Source: Octopus sinensis (taxonomy: Eukaryota). Taken from it: a stretch of DNA of 64,000 nt. Under the pieces are notes generated by a model. That model was not told the origin of the DNA, made no database searches, and was given only the letters and a program-made list of their open reading frames with translations. Position numbers and translations under genes: made by a program. The number at the start of each line of letters is the position of its first letter. Position 1 is the first letter of the stretch. Below, one piece after another: positions 13,076 to 26,375 of the stretch. The stretch covers positions 50,034,001 to 50,098,000 of the forward strand of contig NC_043000.1 in NCBI RefSeq assembly GCF_006345805.1. Reading direction: 5' to 3'.

Positions 13076-14133
13076 AGAAAATGAAGGGTATAAATAAATC
13101 TTTACACTAGCATCCATCACTTGGTACCATCTTCTATAATCATGAGAGTAGTATAACTAATAATAATATGTGGTAAGGTGGTTAGATAGGTACCTGTGAA
13201 TTTATTCTTGTTCAGAATAAATATTTCAGTTAGTGGCAGAGGATGTGACTCGAGATGATGAAAGAGTGTTGTTTTGCATACAATACAGTATCTTTACTGA
13301 TGACTCTCACATTCATCTTTAATCCTTTGTATTTATGGGTTTTGATTGTGAATCCATATGAAGAATTACGCTTATAATACTAAGATTAATGAAATTTAAT
13401 TTACAAAGACTAAAATAAGCAAAAAAACCCTAACATATTTCTTTATTTCAGTACCTGATACCAGAAACACACTCATATAATGTGTGTGTATGTGTGTACA
13501 CGCATGTGCATGCATGTGTGTACACGCATGTGCATGCTTGTGTGTGTCTAACAAAAATAAGCTAAGTGAAAATACTTAGAAAGGCCAGAGGTATATATTT
13601 GAACAACATAGACAAATACAGGTACATCATATTCCTGATAAATTAAAACTATCTCTGCTTCTTGAGGATGATTCACAATTATCAAATGCCAATTATTAAG
13701 AACAGTTCTGTATGAGGAGAGATAGTCTCTAGAATCAAGATTCCCCAAGACTGACATGCCTTTAATGAAAAACACAGGCTCATTGTCAGGGGTTAAGAAG
13801 CCTCAGTAAGTGTAATCTCTACACAGATGTTCAACCAGCAAGAAGTAGCAACCAAATGTCCCTCAAATCACATCCTACTGTCTTTCTTAAATAAATGATA
13901 CATCCGACAAAGTATCTAATATACTGATACACAAAAATGTTGAATGGTCTTGGTTAGAATACATCTCAACAATAACTTGCCTTAGACTAATACCTTTTAG
14001 AAGTGTGTGATATAGGAGGTACATTGTAACTGGAGATTTCAAAAACATTTTTGCATTTATTAAAGACTAACATTCATTGAAAGGAAGAGGGTTCAAAAGA
14101 AAACTCTGAAATACTATCTCAACATACATTTAA

Positions 14134-14351
14134 TACTTTAGCATTTAAACTGGTCATATCCAGCCCAAATATTCTGCCAGTTTTATGTTCAAACTGGCCA
14201 GACCCAGCCTCTCACACCTACTTTACAATGTTATTGTAAAAATAAGCAATTACATCATTGAAATCTAGAAGCTTCAAGATACTGAATGATTAATTCAAAA
14301 CAATGTATATAAATAAGCATCACATTTGACAGTAATCTCAATGCTAAAGAA
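14134..14351. mobile_element. piggyBac-type MITE (TTAA-flanked)
   Basis: ttaa|tactttagcatt...aatgctaaagaa|ttaa, with inverted termini; the body is the reverse complement of 25300-25523. Confidence 0.75.
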
Positions 14352-16604
14352 TTAAAAGAGAACAGCATTGAAACGTCTCTTGACACTCACGTAAAATATG
14401 CAAAAATTCCTATTTACCCAAATTTCTCATTCATGTAAGCATAGAGAAATAGGATTATAAAGCACAGAAAAGTCTATCAGTAATAATATTAAATGAAATT
14501 TGCAATTGTTAGAGTAAAGCAATGTTGTCTTCCAGACCAGTCAAAATTAGTCAGAGTCACTCTATAATGTGTTTCTTTGTTATGCTTTTTGTGAGAACCA
14601 ATGAGAGAGCCTTTAGGCAGTCTCTTGACATTCAAGAAATAGAAGCTAAATCTCCATCAAATCTGTACACTTATTTAAAAAAAAAAAACTGATAGATTGG
14701 TCATGCTCAGCCAGTGTTGCCCAGAGGCTAAACAACACCAACAAAACTTTTTTCTCCTTTTACTCACCCTATGAACAAAGCATAAGATTTTTACAATGCT
14801 TGTAGAAGGTAAACTTATGAAACTTTCTTACAAATAAATATTATGAAAGTGGAATACTGTAAATACATCAACAGAGTTCAGATTGCAATTATTTCAAAGA
14901 TTGAATTCATGAAAAATTAATTTCTTAATAGAACATGACAGAAATTTTGTTATATAGTAGTGACCCTTTGTGTATTATCAGATTCATGTTGCAAGTATTA
15001 TAATGTATTTAGTTAATGTAATAAAATACATAAAAAAAGCAAGTAATTAACACTATCCACAAGGCTGTCACTAAGCAGAACAAAATTTATTGGTGTCACA
15101 AAACTTAATTTAACACACAATATAATGCCAATGCCTCTTCTTGCCATGGGTAAATATGGATTAATTATGAAAATATTTCACCAAGCAATCACTAAATGAA
15201 CTGAATCATGAAAGTTAACTTATAAAATATAATTAAGGTATGCTACATGGAAATTATTTCCATTCATCAAGAATTGGTAATTATGTTATGCATTACTGTA
15301 CTATGTTTTGTTTGGATTTCTTTTTTTTTACCTCCCATGGTGTGAATGTTTGATGTACCTGTGAAAGGCACTCAGTGAGATTTACTGAAAAACTAGAATA
15401 AAGCATTCATGCTAATGTGCAAGTAGCATTTGAACATTGAGGAAATTCTTATTAGCAGTGGATTTCAAGCATGTTTATTTTTACCCCCCCCCCCCCGGCA
15501 TCAAGCCAATACACTAATGTTAATATGCCATAAATAAATATGTCACATGTTTAGATAATAAGCTTTCATCATCAAGAGATGATTAATGGTGTTGTATACA
15601 AATAACTCTATTATGAATGTAACACAGAAAGAAACACAATATTACCTATACAACCAAGACTAATATAGATATGATTTAAACATTACTTATATATTTTTAT
15701 GTATAAATATGTTTTTATTTCCTACATGCCTTCTTGCTGAGTATCCAAACAACTTATCCAAATGTACCATTTTTTATTTTTATTTTACAGTTTATATGAT
15801 GAACAGTTAGATACTACATGAAAGTGTTATTTCAATTTTTATTTTTCATTTATGATCCATCGCAACATTTTATTGCAATTAATATGTTTTCAACCAATGT
15901 TTAATTTTACAGTAATTATTATAGTATTAACTAATTTTGCGTATTTCGTTTTACAATGACTGAAATAATGGTTATGTCTTTTTACTTTCTTCTATACTGG
16001 CAATATAATTTATGATAATATATTTTATGTCTTACTTTCCTAACATTAAACATTCTATAAAGAAAGGAAAACATATAACTATATTCAGGCTAGATTGAGT
16101 AAAATAGATGATAAAGTGTACAGATACATTGTAACATATTGAACAAGCCAATAAAAATATATATATAATAATTGTTCATATATCTTAAGACAGAATGCTA
16201 TTGCAAGAAATTCTAAATATGAGTAACTAGTGGAAAATGTAAGATATATCTTGGTAATAACTGGTTTTAAAAAAACAAAATAAGGACTTACTTTCAGAAA
16301 GGATTCATTTCCTCATTTCATTTGTAATAATGAGGTTTATTCATTAGAATAGCTTGAAGAACTGTTTAAACAATATTGTTCATTATGCTTCCCTTATGAT
16401 CAAAGAAGCTGTCCACCAACTGGTAGATGATAGTGTAAAATTAATTAAATGTGGAATGGTAATAGGCTTTTGTACAACAGACATCATGCAGTCAATCAGA
16501 ATAAAGCTTCAAGGCAAGTTGAGAAGAATGAGGGGCACTGGTCTTTGGCTGAGCACCAGAGAATCTTTTCTATAGCTTACAAGTGGTGAGTTGTTTCTAA
16601 CTGG

Positions 16605-17000
16605 CAGTAACTATATGCAGCAAGATTCTGCTGAGGTTGACTTTACCTTTCATCCTTTCAGGGTCGATAAAATAAGTACCAGTTGAACACTGGGGTTGAT
16701 GTAATTAACTCATCTGCCCCCTCCCACCAAAAATTGCTGGCCTTTTGGCAAAATTTTTTTAACCATTATTACTATCTCTGTGAGCTGACATAGTCGTTGG
16801 TATGTTGGACAAAATATGTTTAGTGGCATTTTTTTTTTGGCTCATTATATTTTGTGTTCAAATTCTGCCATGGTTGACTTTATCTTTTATGCTTTCAAGG
16901 TCAATAAAATCAGTACCAAATGAACAATGAGACTGATGTTATTGAAGAACACTCTCCCCTTACAATTGCTGGTCTTGAACCAAAATTTGAAACCATTCTT
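16605..17000 (+). mobile_element. Two tandem family-B SINE copies
   Basis: The motif ttctgctgaggttgactttacctttcatcctttcagggtcgataaaataagtaccag occurs twice in diverged form. Confidence 0.8.
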
Positions 17001-17029
17001 ACCATGTCTTAATGGTAAGAACCAAAATT

Positions 17030-17320
17030 CCCATTCCTTTTGTCATTTATCTTCTACATGTTTCAGTCATTAGACTGCAGCCATGTTGGAGCACCACCTT
17101 TTATCCTTAGTCAAATGAATTGACACCAGGACTTATTTTTTTTAAGCCTGGTACTTATTCTATCAGTTTTTTTTTTTTGTTTTTTTTGCCGAACTGGCTT
17201 TGATCAGCCTGAGGCTATAGTAGAAGACACTTACCTAAGGTGCCATGCAGTGGTACTGAACCCAGAACGATGTTGTTCAGAAGCAAGCTTCTCACCACTC
17301 AGCCATGCCTATGCCTATAT
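17030..17320 (-). mobile_element. Family-A SINE with deleted middle
   Basis: Tail (tgtttcagtcattagactgcagccatgttggagcacc) is joined directly to head (gaggctatagtagaagacactt...gaacccagaac). Confidence 0.85.
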
Positions 17321-17749
17321 TGACTAAGTTTTTTTTAGGATTTTTAAATATATATTTATTTCCTTAATTACTTTGTCATCATCGCAGAAGAACATAATGC
17401 AAATACTTCTTTTAAAAATTTGATTTTCAATCTGAATGCCAAACCACAACTTTGTAGATGAAAGGGAGAAGAGTTTATGTAATATTCTTAGTTCTAAAGA
17501 TCAGTGACAGTATAAAGTAAAGGAATTGGTTTCAACCAAGTACCAAACCTTCATTAAATTCTTAGCTTGCAAAGAGCTTCTCTTGCTTAACAATGCTAAA
17601 TACTTCTAATATATTTTGACAAAAGCAATTTTAACTGCCTTAATAATCTATTTCCTTATATAAATGGGCTAATTTCCTTTAGATTATAAAAACAAAATAC
17701 AAAGCAAACTATATTATTCTCGCACACTACCAGTACTATACTACAACAA

Positions 17750-17773
17750 CTAATAATAATGATAATAATAATA

Positions 17774-17830
<57 letters not shown>

Positions 17831-17840
17831 AATAATAATA
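17750..17840. repeat. (AAT)n microsatellite
   Basis: Directly visible. Confidence 0.95.
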
Positions 17841-19214
17841 CCATGTACATCTATGAATAAAGAATATTAAAATTATAGATTAAAAATTTCACACGTAACA
17901 AAAACATTGCATTTAATTTGTTAGAATTGATCATTTTTGTTTTTTTCTAATAATGATATTTCACCTCAGGAACGAATATGATTATGCAAAAATAACACAT
18001 TAAACCGACATACATGAAAATTTTGCTGAATTGATTGACTTGAAATGGCAAAATAGTCTTGAAACTCCATTCTGTAATCTGTGATTTGCACCTAGTGATC
18101 AAAGTAATTTCAGAAGCCATCATTGGTTCTCTACTAAAATTAATAACTGTTTCACTTGCAGTGTTTTCAATAAGATTTCATACCTTAAACCAGCTAACAC
18201 AAAGGAAAAAAAAACATGAGATAAGAGAAAGAGAGACGAAAATTCAGTCAAACAAGTTTTCAAATGAATTCAGCTTTTGGCCATTAAAAAAAGAAAATTT
18301 AGAAAATGAGGTAATAGGATCAAGACGTTTGAAAATATTTCAAAAATTACAAATTATAAACCAAAAAAAAAAAAAAAAATGTGCAACTTCCAATTTTTTG
18401 TAATTTATTTTATTTTTAACACTTGAAATCTGCATATACTAGCAATTTAGAACCTACAGAGACACACATGTAACATATATAATATTCATCACCCTGGAGA
18501 ACATACAGGGTGTGACAACAGGAAGAGAGAGAGAGACAGAGACAGACAGAGAATACCCACTGCACTAGTCTAGTACTAATGTACTAATTTTTCAATACAC
18601 AGCTTAATACACACATACAGACAACAAGCACACCCACACATCAATTTGGTAATTTGGTAATTTAGCTGTTTTGGTTCTGTAGTAACCAACCTAAATTTCT
18701 TCCTGACAAATTCCTCTAGAAGTGTAGATTTTTATTCCTGCTTGTTTCTAATTTATAGTTTAATTACATTCATAAACTACAGGTTATAGCTTCCTTTGCT
18801 ATAATTAACACTGTTAATATCATTTAACTTTATCAACAAATATGCTTCAATATTTCTTTTCTTTTTACTTACAAACAAAATCATCACCTGTTAATGCAAA
18901 GAAGTGTATGAGAATTGCAAGAGATACAAATTTTGAAAAGAGGCAGTGATAAAGTGGTTTATCCATCAACAATTTTGTGACAGTGACAAATGTCAATTTG
19001 GCTAAAGTTCTTCGAGGTGGTGCCCCAGCATGGCCACCATCTATCTCATAACTGAGACAAGTAAGGGGTTAAAAGATAAACCAGCACTGGTTGGTCAAGT
19101 GGTGGTGGTAGACAAACACAAATACACACAGGCACTCACTCACATATATTTGTTGATGTGTTTTAATATCAATTCTCAAAAATAGGAACAGGAGTGACAT
19201 GAGATTTCGTAACA

Positions 19215-19444
19215 TTTTACCTCTCTTTCTCTCTTTTCTCTTTTACTTGTTTCAGTCATTTGACTGCAGCCATGCTGGAGCACCGCTTTTAGTTGAGCAG
19301 ATCGAACCCGGGACTTATTCTTTGTAAGCCCAGTACTTATTCTATCAGTCTCTTTTGCCGAACCGCTAAGTGACGGGGACATAAACACACCAGCATCGGT
19401 TGTCAAGCAATGCTAGGAGGACAAACACAGACACACAAACATAT

Positions 19445-19487
<43 letters not shown>

Positions 19488-19655
19488 TACGACAGGCTTC
19501 TTTCAGTTTCTGTCTACCAAATCCACTCACAAGGCATTGGTCGGCCCGGGGCTATAGCAGAAGACACTTGCCCCAGATGCCATGCATTGGGACTAAACCC
19601 GGAACCATGTGGTTGGTAAGCAAGCTACTTACTACACAGCCACTCCTGCACCTAT
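19215..19655 (-). mobile_element. Full-length, relatively young family-A SINE
   Basis: Reverse complement aligns along its length with 909-1335; CpGs retained. Confidence 0.9.
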
Positions 19656-20029
19656 AACTTTTTTTCTACTAACTTATGTTCAAAGCAACTAGCGATTCTG
19701 GAATCTGCATGCATTTTTCTATCATTTAAGCCTAAGGAAGGTATACTTTTAATTTAAAATTTAAAAATTTATGTTAATTGAAGATGAATATCTACCTTAC
19801 TGCCCCACTTGAAGTCACAGATATTTTGATGTAACTTTTTTTTCTACCGAACCAAATCTCAAACTATTTATGCCAAAGTGTAGCTGAAGAGGTGTCCTCT
19901 TTAAAACTATTAACAGTTTGCAATTTAGTTGAGAACTGAATTAGTGGCAAGGCTTGGAAGCTGATGCGATTGACAAAATGGTGGACTTAAGAATATATTC
20001 AACCACGGTAGTGGTTGAATGATATATTT

Positions 20030-20400
20030 TCCTTGTTTCAGTCATTGTACTATGGCCTTATTGGGACATTACATTCAAGGGTTTTAGTCAAATGAATACC
20101 AGTGCTTATTTTTTAAATCCTGGTACTTTATCTGTTGTTCTCTAATGCCAAACAGTCAAGTTACAGGGACATAAACAAACCAGCACCAGTTGGTGGAAGG
20201 ACAGATACAAACACACACATATATATATTTACACACACACATACACATAAATATATATGTATAACAAGCTTCCACTAGCGAAATCTACTTTGCAAGTCTT
20301 TTGTAGTCCCAGGGCTATTGTTGAAGACATTTGTTCAAGGACCAAACCCAAAACTATGTGGGTGGGAAGCAAACTTCTTACCATACAACTATGCATCATA
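20030..20400 (-). mobile_element. Diverged family-A SINE
   Basis: Tail tttccttgtttcagtcattg... and head agggctattgttgaagacatttgttcaagg. Confidence 0.75.
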
Positions 20401-20457
20401 TATATGTGTCTGTGTGTGTGTATGTATACATGTTTTGCATGTGTGTGTGTGCATGCT

Positions 20458-20493
<36 letters not shown>

Positions 20494-20705
20494 ATATAAG
20501 CATGTGTGTTTGTGTGCATGCCTATATATATATATATATATTATATATATATATATAAATATATAAAGAAAATTTTAAACCTATGAAAAGAATAATTATT
20601 TGTATCTTGAAATACCTTATAAGTAAAATTGATTTTTCACAATTGTTACTCTATGTAAGGTTCAGTTGTATTTTAATTTAATAAATCTTCTCATGTAAGG
20701 CTTCC

Positions 20706-20741
<36 letters not shown>

Positions 20742-21609
20742 ACCATATTAAAAATATCCATCTTATATAATATATCTTAATAATGCTCTTATTTTATTTC
20801 ATTTTGTTTTATTCAGTCTGTTTATGTTTATTGGGTTTTGCATATTCAGAAAATTGAAGCTTTGTGTTAGGAAGCTAGATGGTTATTGCTTTTGAACAGA
20901 CTAATCTGGCACTGAGAGATTCAAAGTCTGATATTACCAAAGCATTTGCTCTTAGATTTGATTTTAGTAAAGCAACTCTAAAATAATTCCAATGTCAAAA
21001 CTAAGCTCCTTTGTTTGTTTGTGTGTGTGTGTGTGTGCACGCATGTGTGTGTGGACATATTCTAACTGTAGATCTCAAAGCAGATAAAGAAGCTATGAAT
21101 AACAGCTTATAAATATTGGGTTAAAACCTTTTTGGACAGAAAAGGTTGAAGGCCACCTATGGGACATGTGTGTAAGAGTGTATGTGTGCATATGTGTTTT
21201 TGCATGTGTGCATGTATAAGCGTACATTTGTGTGTGAGTGTGTGTGTGTAATAACAATTTAATATGCACAATTACGAGAGCTAATAATAGTTTCCTGCTT
21301 TACGATACATTAAATTGGTAGATTTATATAATATGCCAAGTATCTCTAAGTAATCCTTCAGGCTCAGTTTATACATTAGATGTATTTAAAAACCCGGACA
21401 CTGAAAACAAGAAAAAACAAGAATAATATGCAAAGAAAATTGATGCAAAAAATGGAATGAGAAAAAAGAAAAGTATGATCGTTATCCCCTCTCTGCAAAA
21501 ACCATAATTTATATAGCAGGTGCATAATAATATAACAGAAACAAGTTATATATTGGCTACTCAATTCAGAGGGGGTAATGTCATCCAGTTTGACAAAAGA
21601 AACTTGTCT

Positions 21610-21905
21610 ATGTGCTAGGTAAAAATTTTCAAATATGGAATTAAGTAGTGAGGTGAAATTCTTGGACCTAAAAATATGTGATCTTTCAGCTATGCATAAC
21701 TTGCATTGATCCATTTATATGACGTAGATTTCTCCCCAATTCTCCACTTGAGTATATATGGCATGCATTTGGTTTTCAGATTCCATACATGGCTAAGCAA
21801 CTTAGTGGCCTTATTTTTATCAGTGTATCAGAAAAAAGACTGGTTGGTTTGCACATAAACCGATGAAATTTTCTTCTAAGTCGGCTTCATAAACAACTGT
21901 GCTTA
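21610..21905 (-). pseudogene. Second Penelope-like GIY-YIG relic
   Basis: Minus-strand frameshifted translation VVYEADL..FIGLC, ATKLLSHVW, NLKTKCMPYILKWRIGEKSTSYK, CKLCIAERSHIFRSKNFTSLLNS follows the PLE pattern VY.A...YIG..., TELSKYIW.LK..., WSI..K...Y, CNLCL.EK..I......LLN. Confidence 0.75.
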
Positions 21906-21971
21906 CCAAACATGCCTGATCGCACAGGTAAGATTCATGATCTCAGCATACTTATTTAATGTATGTGTGTC

Positions 21972-22175
21972 AGTAAACATTACAGAGCTGCAGTATTTTG
22001 TCTAAGAGAATCTCTTCAAAAGTGTATAGTGTTAAAAAACACAGTATACCTCAAAGCCTAAAAGCTTGGCAAAATGTTTCACTGAGCTTTGAGATATGTT
22101 GCATTTTTAAATGTGATACATCTTTGAAGGGACCATTTCCCTTAGACAAAATACTGCAGCTTTGTAGCATTTACT
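21972..22175. repeat. Fold-back element (~200 bp), probable MITE
   Basis: agtaaacattacagagctgcagtattttgtctaag pairs with cttagacaaaatactgcagctttgtagcatttact; inner ctcaaagc/gctttgag pairing. Confidence 0.85.
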
Positions 22176-22286
22176 AGCATACATGCATCAAGTATGTGAT
22201 CTTGATTCATATGTGTGCACATGTGTGTGCATGAGTGCACATGGATGCACATGTGTGCTTATGTGTGTATCTTTCTGTGTGAGTTG

Positions 22287-22490
22287 GTCACCCCACTACT
22301 GCTTAACAACCCATATTGGTTTGTCTACATCCTTGTAACTTGGCAGTTCAGCAAAAGAGAACAATAGAATGCGTAACAGATTATTTTTAAAAATTAGTAC
22401 TGGGGCTCAATTTGTTTGACTAAAAGCACTCAAAGACTAAAAGCACCCCAACATGGCCACAGGCAAGTAATAAAAACAAATAAAAGATTC
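22287..22490 (+). mobile_element. Family-A SINE 3' half
   Basis: caccccactactgcttaacaacc...cagttcagcaaaagagaacaatagaat...caacatggccacaggcaagtaataaaa. Confidence 0.75.
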
Positions 22491-22849
22491 TCTACAACAA
22501 ATATAAACATAAAACACATGAACTGGTACTTCTAGATCTAAATTCACTCAATCATTAAATTCCAATGTATGTCAATAAAAAAAAAAATTAAAATACATCA
22601 AAAAGAAAAAAACTTTCTTCCAAACACTAAAATAAAAATAATGCCATTAAAAGTAGAACTGTAGCACAAGGAAGATGTGTTGGCTACTAGGAAGTATTTT
22701 ACCATATTATATATTGCATGTCATAAAACAGACATTTTTACAGCTCAGTCTTGTAATGATTTTAAGTGGTCTATATAAAGTTTTAATTGGGGCCACTGAA
22801 AATACTAAAGATTTTTATTTTGCTCTAGGGAAATTATATATATATATGT

Positions 22850-22877
22850 ACACAAAAACACACACACACATACAAAT

Positions 22878-22976
<99 letters not shown>

Positions 22977-23287
22977 TATAGATAGATATACATGTACATA
23001 CACATGTACATATATATATATACATACATGCACATATACGAAAATATATAGATACATATTCACACACATATATGCATATATACATACATGTACACACACA
23101 CACACACATATATATACATATATACACACACACAAATACATATGTACATTATATATATATACATACAGATATATATGTATGTATGTATATATATATATAT
23201 ATATATATACGTATGTATATATGTGTGTGTATATGTATGTGTGTGTATATATATATACGTATGTATATATGTGTGTGTGTGTATGTA

Positions 23288-23346
<59 letters not shown>

Positions 23347-23350
23347 ATAT
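22850..23350. repeat. Large compound CA/TA/GATA microsatellite with an internal ~48-bp duplication
   Basis: Directly visible; atatatacgtatgtatatatgtgtgtgt occurs twice at about 23203-23280. Confidence 0.9.
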
Positions 23351-24282
23351 AGGAAAGGAGACAAGAAATTGAGGACCTAATATGCAAATGGTTGATATGG
23401 GAAATAGTATTGGCCTATAAACGATACAACAAAAAAACATAATACCACCAACAACAACAAACAGACTACTACAACAACAAGATCACCCCATGAGATTTTT
23501 TTTTCTCTCACCACTAGTTTTCTTTTATCAGATTATATGCTAAAACAAAAAATATATAAAAACCAGAAATATGCTGCTTCTGTGAACAAAATATTTATTG
23601 ATTCATAGGGATATATCTGACATACATATATATATACCACACATATAGATTTATAGCATGCTTTTCTTATCTTTATTGCATCATACCAGCACACATTTTT
23701 TATCCTGTTTCTTGTAAAAACAAAAACAAGAAAGAAAGTAATTTTAAAGAGAATTACTTAATTGATTTTGCTTTAACATGAAAAAGAATACTACAATTAA
23801 TAAAGACAACGTCAATGATAAGAACATTACTAATAACATTAATAATAACAGTGATGATGATTTTTAATAATCATTACAATAGCAATAACAACAACAATAA
23901 CTACAAGTACATATGTGATGTCTATGGCTGTTCAGATTCTCTAAAATCAGGAAGGACAGAAAATTATGTTGTTTGTGCCATTCGGAAGGGTTCCAAGTGC
24001 TGTAAGTAAAGCGAAATTTCCATTGGGAATGAAAAGCAGGTCAGGGAAAAAATCAGAACACCAAGATCTAACTACTGTACTTCTGTGTTGTTACATATTA
24101 AGAACAATAGCATCAACAACAACAATATGGGATTACTAATGATGTTAATGTAATAATGGGAATCATGTTGACTACAACAATGATGATGATGATGATGATA
24201 ATGGAACGATTATTTCATTAGGAAATTCATCAGTAATTAGACAAATGATAATACAAATATAATTAATGAGGCTATACATACA

Positions 24283-24322
<40 letters not shown>

Positions 24323-25299
24323 GAAAGAGAGAGACATGCACACACACATACGCTCACCTATATATATGTATATATATATATATATATATCCATAAATGCA
24401 CAAATATATATGTATCAATACATCCATAAAGACACACACACAACATATATATATATATGTATATATCTATATATGCATATATATATATGTGCATATATAT
24501 ATATGTGTGTGTGTATGTGTGTGTGTGTGTGTGTATGTATGTATATATATTACACATACATACACACATATATATATATGCACTTTTCTCTTTTGATTAT
24601 GATGTTCTTGTTCATTGAAACATAATTATTGTGCTTCAATTACTTGTGGTTGATAAATCAATACATTACAATTGGCGAATACACTTTCCTCACTCATCTA
24701 TAACTACTTGTACTCATAAAAGTGATCACGCATTTTAAGTAGAAGCTTGGCTTGCTCTAGCTTACTTCTTTATCTGATGGAAGCCAACATTCTCGCGGCA
24801 TTACTGCTTGCCATGCTTTTGATGGTGCGATTATGAATAGCAGTAGATAGAGTAATAATATGGGAATCAATGCAATTAGCAAAATATTAAATAATTATAT
24901 TACCATTGAACAATGAAGGATTTTTTTAACTCTTTTTTTTTTCCAGCAAAACTTAGTTTCAGGAGAATGAGAATGATAAAGATCTTATATAATAAATAAT
25001 GTATTGCATATGATACATGCTGTGTTAGTTGAAATATTTTGTATGTATTCATATGTGAGTAATGTGGTTTCGATTTCCTTGGCGACTAAATTGTCTGTTT
25101 AATAGCTCTATATACCTGTCATCTTTTCCATTCATCATTGTCAATCCTAACTAATAGTTTGTCGAATTTTGTATAAAGGATAGTTGAGAGAAAGGAAAGA
25201 ATATTGGCACAGGACTTAAGGGTCTTCCCATATTCTCTCCTACCATCTGGAGTATATGCACTGAAAGTGAAAAACTGAAGTACTTGGTCACTTGCTTAA

Positions 25300-25523
25300 C
25301 CCATGAGCATTCAGATTACTCTGTTAAATGTAATGCTTATTTATTAACATTGTTTTGAATTATCATGCATTATCTTGTAGCTTTGAGATTTCTATAGATG
25401 TGATTGCTTTTGATGTTGTAAATGATATTGTAGAATAGATGTGAGAGGCCAGATCAGGCCAGTTTTAGCATAAAACTGGTAGAATATTTGAGCTGAAAAG
25501 TAGCCAGTTTAAATGTGAAAGGG
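25300..25523. mobile_element. piggyBac-type MITE, full length
   Basis: TTAA at 25296-25299 and 25524-25527; termini ccc...ggg (cccatgagcattcag / aaatgtgaaaggg). Confidence 0.8.
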
Positions 25524-25999
25524 TTAATGACTTCCCAAACTCATCACCATTTTTACTAGACCCTGAAGGATACCCACCACCACTGCCAACACTAGTGAGA
25601 GGAACCAGGATTTCAACTCAGACTACACAGAGCAGGACAAGATACTGCAAGACATTCTGTCTGACATTTTAAAATTGCTCCCTACACCTAAATTACAATC
25701 GTGTAATTTATTGACCCCACCACATTCCATCCCACCCAAATGCATGAAAGGCTAAGTTGAACTTGGAATGCAGAGAGTCAGAACACAAATACCATAAGGC
25801 ATTCTATCTAATGTTTAATGATTCTGTTAATTGACTGTTATCAACTAATGATCTTCTGGTTTTGTGATTTGTATTATAATGTGCTGCCATAGCATCTTGT
25901 AAATGCATGGTTAACCAGCAATAAAGTGCTATACTTATGTGTCTAAGGGATTACTTTAAGTCATGAAGCTGACAACTTTCATGTTTATATTGAAATTTG

Positions 26000-26375
26000 C
26001 ATGCCTGTGTAATTAAAAAGCTTGCTTCCAAACCATGTGGTTTCAGGTTCGGTCCCATCTTGGGCAAGAAACTTCTACTATAGCCTCAGACTAACCAATG
26101 CACGTGTGAGTGAATTTGATGGACAGAATCTAAATCCCATCGCACACATGTCTGTGTGTGTGTGTGTGTGCACTTGTGTCTTCCATCCCAACAACAGTTT
26201 GAAAACCAGTGTTGGTTTATTTACATTTCTGTTACTTAGCATTTCAGCAAAATAGACCAATAGAATAAGTGCCAAACTTTGAAAAATATATACTGGGGTT
26301 AATTTGTTCCATTAAACCCTTCAAGTCCATGCTCCAGCATGGCAATGGTCCAATGACTGAGACAAGTAAAATAAA
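26000..26375 (+). mobile_element. Family-A SINE, diverged
   Basis: gcttgcttccaaaccatgtggtttcaggttcggtccc...cttgggcaagaaacttctactatagcc...ctccagcatggcaatggtccaatgactgagacaagtaaaa. Confidence 0.8.

Noticed and set aside
15332-15358. 27-nt minus-strand micro-exon candidate (similar ones near 2981, 28901, 37630, and 42847 on plus)
   Set aside because: Too short to distinguish from chance AG..GT pairs, and they cannot be chained into a recognisable protein.
24776-24835. MEANILAALLLAMLLMVRL signal-peptide-like mini-ORF
   Set aside because: Only 19 codons, a weak donor and no downstream exon identified.
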